DNA of 64,000 nucleotides from Verrucomicrobiota bacterium (GCA_039815375.1 JBCBZJ010000001.1:359386-423385); one strand, 5' to 3'; positions 10,362 to 31,203 are shown, counted from the first letter of the stretch. Made by a program: numbers and translations. The notes: generated from the sequence alone by a model not told the origin.

Positions 10362-11711
10362 TTAGGTGAACACGGACGAAAGTTTTCCGGTGCTGTCGGA
10401 GAAGCTCTCTGTCTCCACTCCAACTGCGTTGAGCATGCTGACAAAGAGATTCGACATCGGCTCATGTTGTTCGTCGAAGACGGTGTATTCACCATGCTTC
10501 AATCCAAGGTTCTTACCGCCTGCCAGAACAAGCGGATAGTTACGCGCATTGTGTGTGTTACTGCAGGCGCTGCCATAGAGTGTGACGGTGTTGTCAATGA
10601 GAGGACCATATTCATCGCTGGTGTTCTTTAAGCGATCAATGAAGTAAGCGAATTGCTTGGTCATCCATTCGTCGTAGCGGCCCCATTGTTCCCAGCGGTT
10701 CGCACCTTTATCGTGGGAAATCGCATGGTGACCTTTCTTGATGCCAAGGGCGATGTTCGGGAAGTTGTCGCCGAAGCCCATACCATCCTCACGCGCCATC
10801 ATGAAGGTGCTAACACGTGTGATGTCGATCTGGAATGCCAAAATCATGAGATCGAAGATTGAGCGGAGGTAGGCCTCTGCGTTTAGCTCAGGATTCGCGG
10901 AGAGGTCAAGTGCGCTGGCATCAAATTGCTTGAGCGGGATATCGAGCCACTTCTCGTTGCGACGTACTTGCTCCTCCACGCTGTTGAGCGAGGTGAGGTA
11001 TTCATCCATCTTGGCCTTATCGTTTTGGCCAAGGCGTCGCTGTAGGCTTTTGCTGTCTTCCAGCACGAGATCGACGATTTTCTTGCCTTTGTTAATACTC
11101 TTTCGTCGCTCTGCAGTAGTGCCACTGCCACCGGCCGAAAAGTAGCGCTCGAAGATTTCGCGCTGACGATGCTCGGCTGGCATAGCGCGTCCAGTGCGGT
11201 CGTAGGATAGTGTAGTCGAACGCGACTTGTAGCCGACCCCGCCATCAGTCGAGAGCGAGAGCGATGGGAAGCGCGTGTAACGGCTCATTGCTTCTGCAGC
11301 GACCTGATCAACAGAGATGCTGTTGTTATAGGCGGCACGCAGATCCCCACCGGTCAACCAGGTGTCGCCAGCAATGTGGCCAAGGACCTTTCGGCTACGC
11401 GGATGGCTGAGTCCGCCCATGATCGATATATCATCACGATAGGGCTCTAGCGTCGAGAGTGTCTGAGTCAATTTATAGTCTTTGCCTTCGCCAATCGGGA
11501 ACCAGTTCCACTTTTCGTGTTCTGGGCTACCAACCGGAGGCATGGACACTCCGTTCGGAAGGTAGATGAAGCACATTCGTTTGGGTGCACCAGGGGCTGA
11601 AATATTCAGATTCTTGGTAACACCCATGCATTCCAGGTAGGGTAGTGCGCAGCAAACACCCAGGCCTTTAAGGAAGGTGCGTCTATCGAGATGCCATGGC
11701 TTTCTGCTCAT
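10362..11711 (-). CDS. DUF1552 domain protein (Tat-like N-terminus)
   Basis: DRRTFLKG..ALPYLE, PKRM.FIYLPNG, ISVDQ, HHAISH, LVLAGG; typical partner of DUF1592 proteins. Confidence 0.85.
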   Translation of the reverse strand: MSRKPWHLDRRTFLKGLGVCCALPYLECMGVTKNLNISAPGAPKRMCFIYLPNGVSMPPVGSPEHEKWNWFPIGEGKDYKLTQTLSTLEPYRDDISIMGGLSHPRSRKVLGHIAGDTWLTGGDLRAAYNNSISVDQVAAEAMSRYTRFPSLSLSTDGGVGYKSRSTTLSYDRTGRAMPAEHRQREIFERYFSAGGSGTTAERRKSINKGKKIVDLVLEDSKSLQRRLGQNDKAKMDEYLTSLNSVEEQVRRNEKWLDIPLKQFDASALDLSANPELNAEAYLRSIFDLMILAFQIDITRVSTFMMAREDGMGFGDNFPNIALGIKKGHHAISHDKGANRWEQWGRYDEWMTKQFAYFIDRLKNTSDEYGPLIDNTVTLYGSACSNTHNARNYPLVLAGGKNLGLKHGEYTVFDEQHEPMSNLFVSMLNAVGVETESFSDSTGKLSSVFT

Positions 11712-14700
11712 TATCTTTGGTTTTGTTCAGGTTTGCTTGTTTTAGAAATGATTCGCTGGTGACAATTTCCTTTATTACAGTGCGGAATCTATAGTCGTCC
11801 GCGGCGACTGCGGCAACAATTGTTTCGATTTCGGCTTCATCGGAAAAACTGACATTGCGGCCGAGTGCATAGGCGAAGAGGTGCTCCACCAGAGCGTGAG
11901 TGAAAGATTCGCGACGGTCCTCCATGATGTAATTTTTGATGCCTTCGATACCTTCGATTTCGGTGCCGTCAGGAAGCTTGCTGGCAGCGTCCACTGGCTT
12001 ATCCTTGATACGATCAACAAAGGTGCCAGTCGCGTCGAAGTTCTCGAAGACCACTCCGTATGGATCGATCTTGAGGTGGCAATCTACACAGGAGGCCTTG
12101 TCGCGGTGTAGCTCGAGCTGTTCTTTTAAGCTGAGCTTTTCAAATCCCGGAGTATCCGGATCCAGCTCCGGCACATTAGGCGGAGCGGGTGGCGGTTTTT
12201 CTCCGAGAATCTTCTCCTTCAGCCAAACGGCACGTTTGATCGGGTGGCTCTGAACGCCATCGGAGTGGCCGGTCAGGAATGCGCCTTGAGTCAGGAGACC
12301 GCCGCGGATGGAGTCGGGAGGCAAGGTAACTTTTTTGAATTCGGTGCCCTCGACTCCTTTGATGCCGTAGAACTCGGCCAAGTGCTGGTTTAACATCGCG
12401 AAATCGGAATCGATCAGATTCATGATGCTGAGATTCTCGCGAAGCACCTGCTTGATGAAGTAGTAGGTCTCATTCTCCATCGACTCCTTCGTGAAACGCG
12501 TGAAGCCCGGATATGTATCGGGGTCGGTATCGATTTGCTCCAGTCGGTCCACGCGGAGCCACTCGTAAGCGAAGGCTTCGATCATATTACGCACCCTAGA
12601 GTCGTCGATCATCCGATCAATTTGAGCATCGAGCGAATCGCTTAACTGCCCGTGTGCGGCAAGTGCGCTCAGTTCCTCATCGGGCGGGGTATTCCAAAGG
12701 AAATAAGAAAGTTGGGATGCGAGCATCGACTCTCCAACGCCCTCCGTTGGCAAATTTTCTTCAGGTTGGACAAGATAGAGGAAATTGGGTGAGCAAAGAA
12801 TCCCGACAAAAACCTCTTTCACGCTTTCCTCGAAGGACTCATATTCGCTGCGATTCTCGTGCCAGAAGTCGTAGTAGAAATTGAGCTCACGTTCGTTGAT
12901 CTCACGTCGGAAAGCGCGCTGCATGAATTGCCCAATCACTTCTTTTGCATAGAGATCCTCGTTGCTCTTGTTCTTTGAATCAAAAAAGATCTCGGTGTGG
13001 CTTTTCGGTGGCCATTGCTCGTAGTAAGGTGCCTCAAGTTCCATCGAGTGAATCAGGACCGGCGGTCCGGCGGTCTTGTTGTCGCTGACCAGGTAGTCGT
13101 TCCAAAGGCCGATAATCATGGTGTTCGCGAGATGGCCGCTCAGGCCGGCTCCCGGATCGGGCACGGGTAGATTTTGAAAGTGTCCTTGAAATTCGTAAAT
13201 CGCTGGCTGTCCAACCGGCGTCTCTACCTTCCGCACTTCGGAAAAATTCTCATAGTCCATCCCATCGTCGGTGCGGGTGCCGGCAAAAACACGCAGGGCC
13301 GGTGATAAGTCTTTGAACTCTGCAGCGTTAGCCTCTGCTTCCTTAATTAGAGCCTGGTATTCGGGAGTATCTTCAGTGAGCTGAGTGATTGCCATTCTAC
13401 GGAAGCCGACGAAGAATTTGCCCCCAACGGTTACATTATACTTTTTCTTCTCAAGGAAGGCCAAGGTCATTGGGTGGACAATGGCTTCCTCATTCGCCAA
13501 CGATTCGTCGATCTGCATACGCTCTTCCTTGCGGATCTTCCTTGAAAGCTGAATGCTGTAGGACGGCATGGCGTTCTGCTCGACGTAAGGGTGTTCAAAG
13601 TCGATATGATAGAGGCCGCGCTCCGGAATTTCGATTTCGAAGCGGGCGGTCGAATCACTGGTGATATCAACCGGGGCGAGCCAGTCTCCCGGTTTCTGCT
13701 CCATGTTTTTCAGATTTGTGAAATCCTTGGCATGAAGAATTATCGTTTTAGCGGTGGGGACTGCGGGTTTTTTCTCACGCAGGCTGATAAAGCCTTCTTT
13801 CATGACCGAGAAGGTCTCGCCCGGAGATGCTTTGACCCGGAGTATGAAGGGTTCATTGCCCGGATAGACGTCCTTGATCAACATTTTCATGTTGGGTGAA
13901 GGACCTTGCCAGGATTTTGGGGTGACCTCCTTGTGCGGCAGGGCTGAGTAGAGGTTCATCCCGTCGGGAGTCATCCGGTAGCGGTCCTTCGTGGAACCCC
14001 GTAGACCAATGCCAATCTTACTCTTGATTGCATCGAAATCCTCGCCGTTTTGAGACTGACCATTATCGTTAAGAACAAGGACTTTGAAGTCGTCGGGATC
14101 AACCGGCTGAGACTGGTAGCCTTGGAATCTTCCCCCCGGTGTTTGCTTGCCTTGATCCTTGCCAAGTTGGACCTTGTAGCGTTTGACCTCCGGTTTGTCA
14201 CTTGTAACGATCGCTTTGTCGATCGAATCGCGGGCGATTTTTGTGAAGTAGTCGAAATGCAGCGGTGAAATTTGCAGTGTTTCTGCGTTGTTGGTGAAGC
14301 CCATTTCAGACTTTGCATCATCGGGAAGCACGTCACCGAAGTTGACATCAAGATGGAGGAGGTCGTTCAAGGTGTTGGTATACTGACTCCGGGTAAGTCG
14401 GCGCATCATGTTCTGCGGCTGTGCGCGTTTGGCGATCGCAGCTTTTTCAAGGTTTTCCGTGATCCAGTCGACGATGAGGCGCCGCTCTTCATTGGAGGGC
14501 TGTGCCTTGCCCTTTGGCGGCATCTCTCCGGCATTGATTTGATCAAGCGCGGTATGCCAGCCCTCCGCATCCGGTCCGTTGACCATGTCCCAATTCAGTT
14601 GATCGAGGCGAATCTCACCCTGCTGCTTGTCCGGGCCATGACAGCTGAAGCAGTATTGATCCATGATTGGATGGACACTCTTGGCGAAGACCAATTTGGA

Positions 14701-15342
14701 TTCTGCCATTCTATTTTCCAAACCGGAAAGCTCACCTCCGTTGACGCCAGCAGCTGCAGACCGCTCGATTTCGGCGAGCATTTTCTCGGCTTCAGTCGGT
14801 TCAACTCCAAGGAGATTCTTCAGTTCGACCGGCATGTATTTGGTCAGGTAATCCGAGCCGTGTGTGAGCGAGCCACCGTAATGGCCGGCCAGCGAGAGGA
14901 GGATGACATTAACGAAGAGTAGCGGACGATAGAGCCAGATGATGCTGGATTTGGCCTTAGCCCAGTAACGAACCGCGAGCAGCCAAACACAAAGGAATGT
15001 CGTGGCCCAACCGAGCCACATGTGCTTGCTGAGCAGCTGTTCACTGTAGCCACCGCTTGATGCAAGGAGGTAGCCTGCGGTTACAGCGGGAATAGAGCTG
15101 AGCACACAGACCCAAAGTAGGATCTCACAGGATCTGCCGAGCTTTAGCGCCGGACGAAACAACTGCACCAATTCGACAACAAAAAGGGCCAGAAGTGCGC
15201 CGATCGGAATGTGTAATACGAGTGGGTGAAAGCGCCCGATGAAGAGCAATAGCGTGTTGCTGCCGTCCGGGTTGAGCGGAGTCGCCGCCAGCGCCATCAG
15301 CAGGCCGGTAAAAATTAGGGTAAGGGTGACAATGAGCTTCAT
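11683..15342 (-). CDS. DUF1592/DUF1588-type PVC cytochrome-c-like protein with an N-terminal membrane domain
   Basis: GRFHPLVLHIPIG membrane domain; heme motifs CFSCH and CVDCH; RRLTRSQY.NT, LSYFLW..PPD, RGGLLTQ, HPIKRAVW. Confidence 0.82.
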   Translation of the reverse strand: MKLIVTLTLIFTGLLMALAATPLNPDGSNTLLLFIGRFHPLVLHIPIGALLALFVVELVQLFRPALKLGRSCEILLWVCVLSSIPAVTAGYLLASSGGYSEQLLSKHMWLGWATTFLCVWLLAVRYWAKAKSSIIWLYRPLLFVNVILLSLAGHYGGSLTHGSDYLTKYMPVELKNLLGVEPTEAEKMLAEIERSAAAGVNGGELSGLENRMAESKLVFAKSVHPIMDQYCFSCHGPDKQQGEIRLDQLNWDMVNGPDAEGWHTALDQINAGEMPPKGKAQPSNEERRLIVDWITENLEKAAIAKRAQPQNMMRRLTRSQYTNTLNDLLHLDVNFGDVLPDDAKSEMGFTNNAETLQISPLHFDYFTKIARDSIDKAIVTSDKPEVKRYKVQLGKDQGKQTPGGRFQGYQSQPVDPDDFKVLVLNDNGQSQNGEDFDAIKSKIGIGLRGSTKDRYRMTPDGMNLYSALPHKEVTPKSWQGPSPNMKMLIKDVYPGNEPFILRVKASPGETFSVMKEGFISLREKKPAVPTAKTIILHAKDFTNLKNMEQKPGDWLAPVDITSDSTARFEIEIPERGLYHIDFEHPYVEQNAMPSYSIQLSRKIRKEERMQIDESLANEEAIVHPMTLAFLEKKKYNVTVGGKFFVGFRRMAITQLTEDTPEYQALIKEAEANAAEFKDLSPALRVFAGTRTDDGMDYENFSEVRKVETPVGQPAIYEFQGHFQNLPVPDPGAGLSGHLANTMIIGLWNDYLVSDNKTAGPPVLIHSMELEAPYYEQWPPKSHTEIFFDSKNKSNEDLYAKEVIGQFMQRAFRREINERELNFYYDFWHENRSEYESFEESVKEVFVGILCSPNFLYLVQPEENLPTEGVGESMLASQLSYFLWNTPPDEELSALAAHGQLSDSLDAQIDRMIDDSRVRNMIEAFAYEWLRVDRLEQIDTDPDTYPGFTRFTKESMENETYYFIKQVLRENLSIMNLIDSDFAMLNQHLAEFYGIKGVEGTEFKKVTLPPDSIRGGLLTQGAFLTGHSDGVQSHPIKRAVWLKEKILGEKPPPAPPNVPELDPDTPGFEKLSLKEQLELHRDKASCVDCHLKIDPYGVVFENFDATGTFVDRIKDKPVDAASKLPDGTEIEGIEGIKNYIMEDRRESFTHALVEHLFAYALGRNVSFSDEAEIETIVAAVAADDYRFRTVIKEIVTSESFLKQANLNKTKDNEQKAMASR

Positions 15343-15369
15343 TGTATTCAGGAATCAGGTTCGTTTCGT

Positions 15370-17271
15370 CTAGTTTCCTATACAGATAACTTCTTTCAGG
15401 GTCCTATGATAGATGTTGCCGTTGGCATAAGAAAGGGAATTCACGGTCCATGTTTGCCCCCGCTGGCCGAGGTCGTTTACGGCAACGAGCGCGCGCTGGT
15501 CGAAGGTTTCTGCTTCTGTATCGATGACATAGACGATGCCGATCGCGTTGGTGAAAAAGAGGTAGTTGTTAACGAGAGTCGGTGTGCCGAGAAAGCAGCG
15601 TTGGAAGCCATCGCCAAGCGTGCGCGAATCATTGCTGTGGCGCTGGCCGCGGGAATTGAGGCCGTCATTCGACTGGGGCGTATGCCAGACATAGCTACCA
15701 TCGTCATTAAATTCACGAGGTAGTTCCAATTGAATTGTCTTTCCGGTTTCCAAATCCTGACAAAACAAATACGGTGCGTGTCGGGCAAGAAAGTAGAGCC
15801 TGTCACCGACTGGAAAGTTGGCATACCAGGCCCAATCGCATGATTCCAGCTCCACGTCCTTTGTGAGCTGATACTGTTGAGTAGTTTCATCGAAGTTGAG
15901 TTGATCGATGGTCTTGAAGGTGTGTTGCCCGAGTTGCTTGCCGTTTGTCGTGTCGACTCGGACTGTAGTGTCATTCTGAATCCAGTTGGCCGTGCCGGTA
16001 TCCCAGAACTGGGTGTTTAGAGAGCCCCATCCGGAGATTTTGTTCTCTTCGGTTGATTCCCAATGCCAGATCGCCTTGCCGCCGTTATCCGGTTCAGCAC
16101 TGACGAGGCTAAGGCCGACAGGGCGTTCGGGGACTCCATGTGGGCCACCACGACCGATCAGGACAGCATGTTGGCCGCTTGCAGTCTTGCCGTAGATGGG
16201 GGTGTTGTAGTGCGTGATTGCATCTTCACTAGTCCACTGGTGCTCGCCGGTTTCCGTATCGAAGGCATGCAGGTAATTCCATTGCGGGTTGCGCTTCGCG
16301 TCTCCCTTGAGCGGTGGCTCAACGCTTAGAATGCTTTTTTGAACGCGAATTGAGTCGTATTGCTTGTTGAACGGGCGTCCAGTGCTTGGCATCCAGCTGC
16401 GTTCCCAGGCGAGGTCGCCTTCGATGGTGAAGCAGGCCATACCACCGCTTGCATTAATTGCCCAGACATACTCGCCGTCAGTGATCGGGCATGGCGTTGT
16501 GGAATCGCTGAAGCCGTAGTTGTAATCACTAACTAGCTCACCGCGAACGGTACGTTCCCATAGGGTTTTTCCGGTTTCTGCATTTAGACAAAGGAGAATG
16601 ATGTCGGCGCTGTTGCCGCCTGCGCGCATTTCCCTATTCACGGATTGATTACGCGATTGGATTTGCATCAGATCTGGGTCGCGGTTGTGGACCAATTGTT
16701 CAACCGCTTTGGTGGAATCAGATAAAGCTTTCCCGGCAGGATCCTTTTTTCTGAGACCTTGCCTTATCTTGGCCCTTTGCTTAGCTGATGCCTTCGCATA
16801 TCCTTTGGTGCTGGAAAGCAGGTTCTCCCAGTCTACTTTTGCTTGTTCGAGTTCAGCTAAAGCTTTCAGATAGGCCGGATCAGCCTCGCGGCTCAATGAT
16901 GTAGCTGCAGTTTGATAGCGTCGCTCATACTCGGCACGTGTTTTTGAGTATTCGGCTTCGAGCTGCTTGTAAGGTGAGGTTTCGAGCGGAGGATTAATAG
17001 TCAGAAAGATGAGATCACCTGCAATCGCAATTCCACTTTGCCCTCCTGCGGGCATGGGTTTTGTCCATTTAATCCGCTCTCCATCCCGCACCGACCACTC
17101 GATCGGGACTGGATCTTCGGTCATGATAGACCAGTTCCCATGAGGTCCGCCTGACATCGGCCATTCCGCTTCTGCCCAGGCTTGGACGCCACACAAAACA
17201 ATAAGAATCCCTTCGAACCTGAGGTATCGATGGATTGTTGTTATTGTTAAATTCTTCGCTGCGAGGGGCAT
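15370..17271 (-). CDS. PQQ-binding-like beta-propeller repeat protein; start uncertain
   Basis: WPMSGGP.GN, repeated ETGKTLWE-type motifs, C-terminal SLSYANGNIYHRTLKEVICIG. Confidence 0.7.
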   Translation of the reverse strand: MPLAAKNLTITTIHRYLRFEGILIVLCGVQAWAEAEWPMSGGPHGNWSIMTEDPVPIEWSVRDGERIKWTKPMPAGGQSGIAIAGDLIFLTINPPLETSPYKQLEAEYSKTRAEYERRYQTAATSLSREADPAYLKALAELEQAKVDWENLLSSTKGYAKASAKQRAKIRQGLRKKDPAGKALSDSTKAVEQLVHNRDPDLMQIQSRNQSVNREMRAGGNSADIILLCLNAETGKTLWERTVRGELVSDYNYGFSDSTTPCPITDGEYVWAINASGGMACFTIEGDLAWERSWMPSTGRPFNKQYDSIRVQKSILSVEPPLKGDAKRNPQWNYLHAFDTETGEHQWTSEDAITHYNTPIYGKTASGQHAVLIGRGGPHGVPERPVGLSLVSAEPDNGGKAIWHWESTEENKISGWGSLNTQFWDTGTANWIQNDTTVRVDTTNGKQLGQHTFKTIDQLNFDETTQQYQLTKDVELESCDWAWYANFPVGDRLYFLARHAPYLFCQDLETGKTIQLELPREFNDDGSYVWHTPQSNDGLNSRGQRHSNDSRTLGDGFQRCFLGTPTLVNNYLFFTNAIGIVYVIDTEAETFDQRALVAVNDLGQRGQTWTVNSLSYANGNIYHRTLKEVICIGN

Positions 17272-17451
17272 GAAAGTAGATATCAATTCAGCTTATTGGG
17301 GTAATCATGTACGCTATAATTGACGGAAAGTGTATAAATTTCTGGGCACCGCAAATAATTTTGATCCATTTTTTATGTAGATTGAGTTTTCCCGTTTTTA
17401 GAGGATTGCTCCTGACAATGGGCCGATGCGAGATTGGATTTTCCCGAACTA

Positions 17452-18162
17452 ATGAATGCACTGCAGAAACATGATGCACGACTACTTGAGAATTGTGAGG
17501 TCGTTGTCGGCGTCGATGAAGCAGGCAGGGGAGCCCTTGCGGGGCCTGTCTCGGCCGGAGCTTGTGTGTTCCGGCGCAACTTCTTCAGCTCAGAGCAAGC
17601 TCTGAAACTGAGTGCGCAGGTCAATGATTCAAAGCAGCTTTCCACTGAGGCCCGTGGAGCGCAATTCGAAGCGATCCAGCGACTACAGGCTGAGGGACTG
17701 CTCGACTTCGCGGTTGCGGCCGGTTCGGTAGAGGAAATCGCCGTTCTTAATATTTTAGGAGCCACTCGATTGGCGATGCGGCGGGCCATCGAGACCCTGT
17801 CGGGTCGTGCAAAGCACTGGTCCCTGAAACAGGTTGCCGAAGAAGGGCCGCTTTTTGCTGCCTCGGCTAAAGTTCGATTGATCGTGGACGGCCGCCCTCT
17901 GAGGCCATTTGCATATGCTCACACCGGAATCGTAGGAGGCGACGGTAAGTCGCTCGCCATCGCCGTCGCCAGTATAGCGGCCAAAGTTACGCGTGATCGT
18001 GAGCTTGTTCGCCTTGCTGAAGAGCACCCGGAATACGGCTTTGAGGTGCACAAAGGCTACGGGACAAAAGCCCATCGAGAGGCGATTTTAGAGTATGGCC
18101 CGAGCCCCGTTCACCGAGAGCTTTTTCTAAGAAAAATTTTGCCTTCCTCTGAACCTTCCTGA
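17452..18162 (+). CDS. rnhB: Ribonuclease HII
   Basis: GVDEAGRGALAGPV, DSKQL, GDGKSLAIAVASIAAKVTRD, HKGYGTKAH. Confidence 0.93.
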   Translation: MNALQKHDARLLENCEVVVGVDEAGRGALAGPVSAGACVFRRNFFSSEQALKLSAQVNDSKQLSTEARGAQFEAIQRLQAEGLLDFAVAAGSVEEIAVLNILGATRLAMRRAIETLSGRAKHWSLKQVAEEGPLFAASAKVRLIVDGRPLRPFAYAHTGIVGGDGKSLAIAVASIAAKVTRDRELVRLAEEHPEYGFEVHKGYGTKAHREAILEYGPSPVHRELFLRKILPSSEPS

Positions 18163-18234
18163 ACCTTCTCTTGTCGGCCCGGAGGCGAGTCTGGAAGCGG
18201 CTTCGCGCGCTAGTGTATTTTTTGCAAATTTGTG

Positions 18235-18263
18235 TTGACTGACCTATGAGCGAGGGGCACTTT
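18235..18263 (+). promoter_or_regulatory. Putative sigma70 promoter of the tRNA-Thr-tuf operon
   Basis: TTGACT, 17-nt spacer, CACTTT, about 80 nt upstream of tRNA-Thr. Confidence 0.45.
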
Positions 18264-18341
18264 CGCGGGCTTTCTCTTTTTCAACCGCTCTCCGGCGTTG
18301 AATCCCAGCTCTTTACATCTTCTTTTCAAAGCATGCGAAAT

Positions 18342-18417
<76 letters not shown>

Positions 18418-18474
18418 CCAGAAAAGACGGCAAACAACCTCTCAACAATCTCTCATATAAAAACCAACATCCAT

Positions 18475-19666
<1,192 letters not shown>

Positions 19667-19694
19667 CCTTTCCAGACCGTTTCCCTCCAGTTTC

Positions 19695-19723
19695 GCCGAG
19701 GGCTCTTAAATGGAGCCCTCGGC
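19695..19723 (+). terminator. GC-rich hairpin after tuf (terminator, processing or stability stem)
   Basis: gccgagggctc-ttaaatg-gagccctcggc, perfect 11-bp stem but weak U-tail. Confidence 0.5.
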
Positions 19724-19756
19724 TTCGCTGTCTTAATAGTATCTAGCAATTTATTT

Positions 19757-19834
<78 letters not shown>

Positions 19835-19845
19835 CATCAAATCAT

Positions 19846-20055
19846 ATGAAAAACCCGTTCAGCAGCATCCGTCTCTTTTACAAGGAGACGATGACCGAGC
19901 TCAAAAAGGCTTCCTGGCCCAGCAAGACTGAGTTGCGTGATTCAACCGTCGTCGTCCTTGTCGCGACGGTTCTACTTGGATCATTCATCGCACTCACTGA
20001 CTTTTCGCTCATGAACGGTGTCCAGTTTCTTACCGATCTGGTTGCGGGTTCCTAG
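19846..20055 (+). CDS. secE: Preprotein translocase subunit SecE
   Basis: ELKKASWP motif plus one TM segment; synteny. Confidence 0.93.
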   Translation: MKNPFSSIRLFYKETMTELKKASWPSKTELRDSTVVVLVATVLLGSFIALTDFSLMNGVQFLTDLVAGS

Positions 20056-20112
20056 AGCATAGCACCATCACCCGCCGTCCAGCAGCCACTTTTAGACTTT
20101 TAGAGAACAACA

Positions 20113-20692
<580 letters not shown>

Positions 20693-20697
20693 CAGTC

Positions 20698-21123
<426 letters not shown>

Positions 21124-21173
21124 AATTTCGGAGCGCCACTCCGGCGCTTCAATTAAAAACTAGAGATATAATA

Positions 21174-21878
21174 ATGGCCACCCAGCAAATAAAGGGAAGC
21201 AAACGCTACCGTTCGGCTGTCGAAATGACAGACCTGACGAAGACTTACTCGGTCGAAGAAGCGTCTGCGTTACTGAACAAACTACCGAAGGCGAAGTTCG
21301 ACGAGACCGTCGAAATCTACGCCCACCTCACGGTTGATCCTCGTAAGAGCGACCAGATGGTCCGCGGCACGCTCTCTCTTCCAAACGGAAGCGGTAAGAC
21401 GGTTCGCGTAATCGTTTTCACTGAAAACCCGGACGAAGCCACTGCGGCGGGTGCCGAAGAAGCCGGTCTCGATGAGCTCATCGAAAAGGTTTCCGGCGGA
21501 TGGACCGACTTCGACGTCGCGGTTGCCACCACCAGTGCAATGAAAAGCGTCCGTAAGGTCGCACGTGTTCTCGGTCCTCGCGGCCTTATGCCAAATCCTA
21601 AATCCGGCACCGTCACCGATGACGTCGCTGCTGCGATCAAGGAAGTCAAGGGCGGTCGCGTTGAGTTCAAGATGGATAAGACGGCTAATGTTGCTGTCGT
21701 TGTCGGCAAGCGTTCCTTCACATCGGAACAGCTTGTTGAGAATGCCGAAGCTGCGATCAAGGCACTCGCTGATGCGAAGCCCCAGTCCACGACCGGCAAG
21801 TTCATCAAGAGCCTGACCATCAGTGCAACCATGAGCCCCGGCATCGCCATCGATGCGGCTCCCTACAACAAGAGCTAA
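21174..21878 (+). CDS. rplA: 50S ribosomal protein L1
   Basis: KFDETVE, LGPRGLMPNPKSGTVT. Confidence 0.98.
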   Translation: MATQQIKGSKRYRSAVEMTDLTKTYSVEEASALLNKLPKAKFDETVEIYAHLTVDPRKSDQMVRGTLSLPNGSGKTVRVIVFTENPDEATAAGAEEAGLDELIEKVSGGWTDFDVAVATTSAMKSVRKVARVLGPRGLMPNPKSGTVTDDVAAAIKEVKGGRVEFKMDKTANVAVVVGKRSFTSEQLVENAEAAIKALADAKPQSTTGKFIKSLTISATMSPGIAIDAAPYNKS

Positions 21879-21893
21879 GGAGGGACACACGAC

Positions 21894-22412
21894 ATGAGAC
21901 CAGAAAAGCAATATCTCGTTGAAGAGGTCAGCACGCACCTTAACAAATCCGATTACGTTTACCTCGCGAACTATGAGCGCATCACCGTTGACGAAATTGC
22001 TGAGCTTCGCGGCCAGCTTTCCGAGCACGATGCCGAGTTCCACGTTGTTAAAAACACCATCCTTGGCGTCGCAGCCGGTCAGAAGGAACTCCCTGATGTC
22101 AGCGAGCACCTCAGTGGGCCGACTGCTATCATTGTTGGCGGTAATAACCCGTCCGGCGTTGCCAAAGTTCTTGGTAAGTTCTTCAAGGATAAGGAGAAGG
22201 TCGACCTGAAGGTCGGCATTATCAACGACAAGACTCTCGACAAGGATCAGATCGAGGCACTCGCCAAGCTTCCGGGCATCGAGTCGCTCCGTGCACAGCT
22301 TCTGGGCCTGCTCAGCCAGCCTGGCACCGGCCTTGTTCGCGTCCTCAACGCAGTTCCGCAAAATGTCGTCAATGTTCTGCAAGCCAAAGTGCGCGCAGAA
22401 AACGGCGAGTAA
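21894..22412 (+). CDS. rplJ: 50S ribosomal protein L10
   Basis: VVKNT, GPTAI, LAKLP motifs; synteny. Confidence 0.96.
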   Translation: MRPEKQYLVEEVSTHLNKSDYVYLANYERITVDEIAELRGQLSEHDAEFHVVKNTILGVAAGQKELPDVSEHLSGPTAIIVGGNNPSGVAKVLGKFFKDKEKVDLKVGIINDKTLDKDQIEALAKLPGIESLRAQLLGLLSQPGTGLVRVLNAVPQNVVNVLQAKVRAENGE

Positions 22413-22547
22413 TCGAAAATCAAACCCTTTTAGCCGCTGCTTAGCGGCGGCCTAAAAACAAACAAACCATATAAATCCGGTTAGGAGGAATTCGCCTCTT
22501 AAATGTCCCATTCGTCGGGACGCTAACCCATTGAAAGGTATAACATC

Positions 22548-22934
22548 ATGGCAGATATCACAAAAGACCAAGTCGTCGAGTGGCTCTCCGCACAAACTGT
22601 GCTTGAAGTCGCCGAACTCGTTAAAGAACTCGAAGAGAAGTGGGGCGTAAGCGCTGCGGCTCCTGTTGCTGTTGCTGCTGCTGGCCCTGCTGCTGGTGGC
22701 GATGCTCCTGCTGAAGAGGAGAAGGACGAGTTTGACGTCATCCTCAAGGCTGCTGGCTCCAACAAGATCGGTGCGATTAAGGAAGTTCGCGCAATCACAG
22801 GCCTTGGCCTCAAGGAAGCCAAGGAACTCGTCGAAGGAGCACCTAAGCCTGTTAAGGAAGGTGTTTCCAAGGATGAAGCCGAAGAGCTCAAGAAAAAGCT
22901 CGAAGCTGCTGGCGCCGAAGTTGAATTGAAGTAA
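22548..22934 (+). CDS. rplL: 50S ribosomal protein L7/L12
   Basis: [30 protein letters not shown]. Confidence 0.98.
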   Translation: MADITKDQVVEWLSAQTVLEVAELVKELEEKWGVSAAAPVAVAAAGPAAGGDAPAEEEKDEFDVILKAAGSNKIGAIKEVRAITGLGLKEAKELVEGAPKPVKEGVSKDEAEELKKKLEAAGAEVELK

Positions 22935-22976
22935 TCACAGAACACGTTCGAATATATTCAGTTTTCTACAATTTAC

Positions 22977-23028
22977 ACAGTTAGGTGAGCTTGCCCATTT
23001 CCGGGCAAGTCTTGCCTAGCTGTTTTTT
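22977..23028 (+). terminator. rplL-rpoB intergenic attenuator or terminator hairpin
   Basis: Long stem acagttaggtgagcttgccc / gggcaagtcttgcctagctgt followed by a T-run. Confidence 0.65.
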
Positions 23029-23099
23029 GCTTTCCTGCCAATCACCACGGCAAATTTCAAAAAATTATTATTTTAAACCCGTCAAACGGATAGAGCACC

Positions 23100-26894
<3,795 letters not shown>

Positions 26895-26934
26895 GGGTCC
26901 GCATCAACGCAACATTTCAAAAAAGGTTTAAACA

Positions 26935-31182
<4,248 letters not shown>

Positions 31183-31203
31183 GCTGACTTAAAACTATCT
31201 TTC

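Noticed and set aside
4887..18162. Co-occurrence of RNase HII and HIII
   Set aside because: A known combination in several lineages; not unusual.
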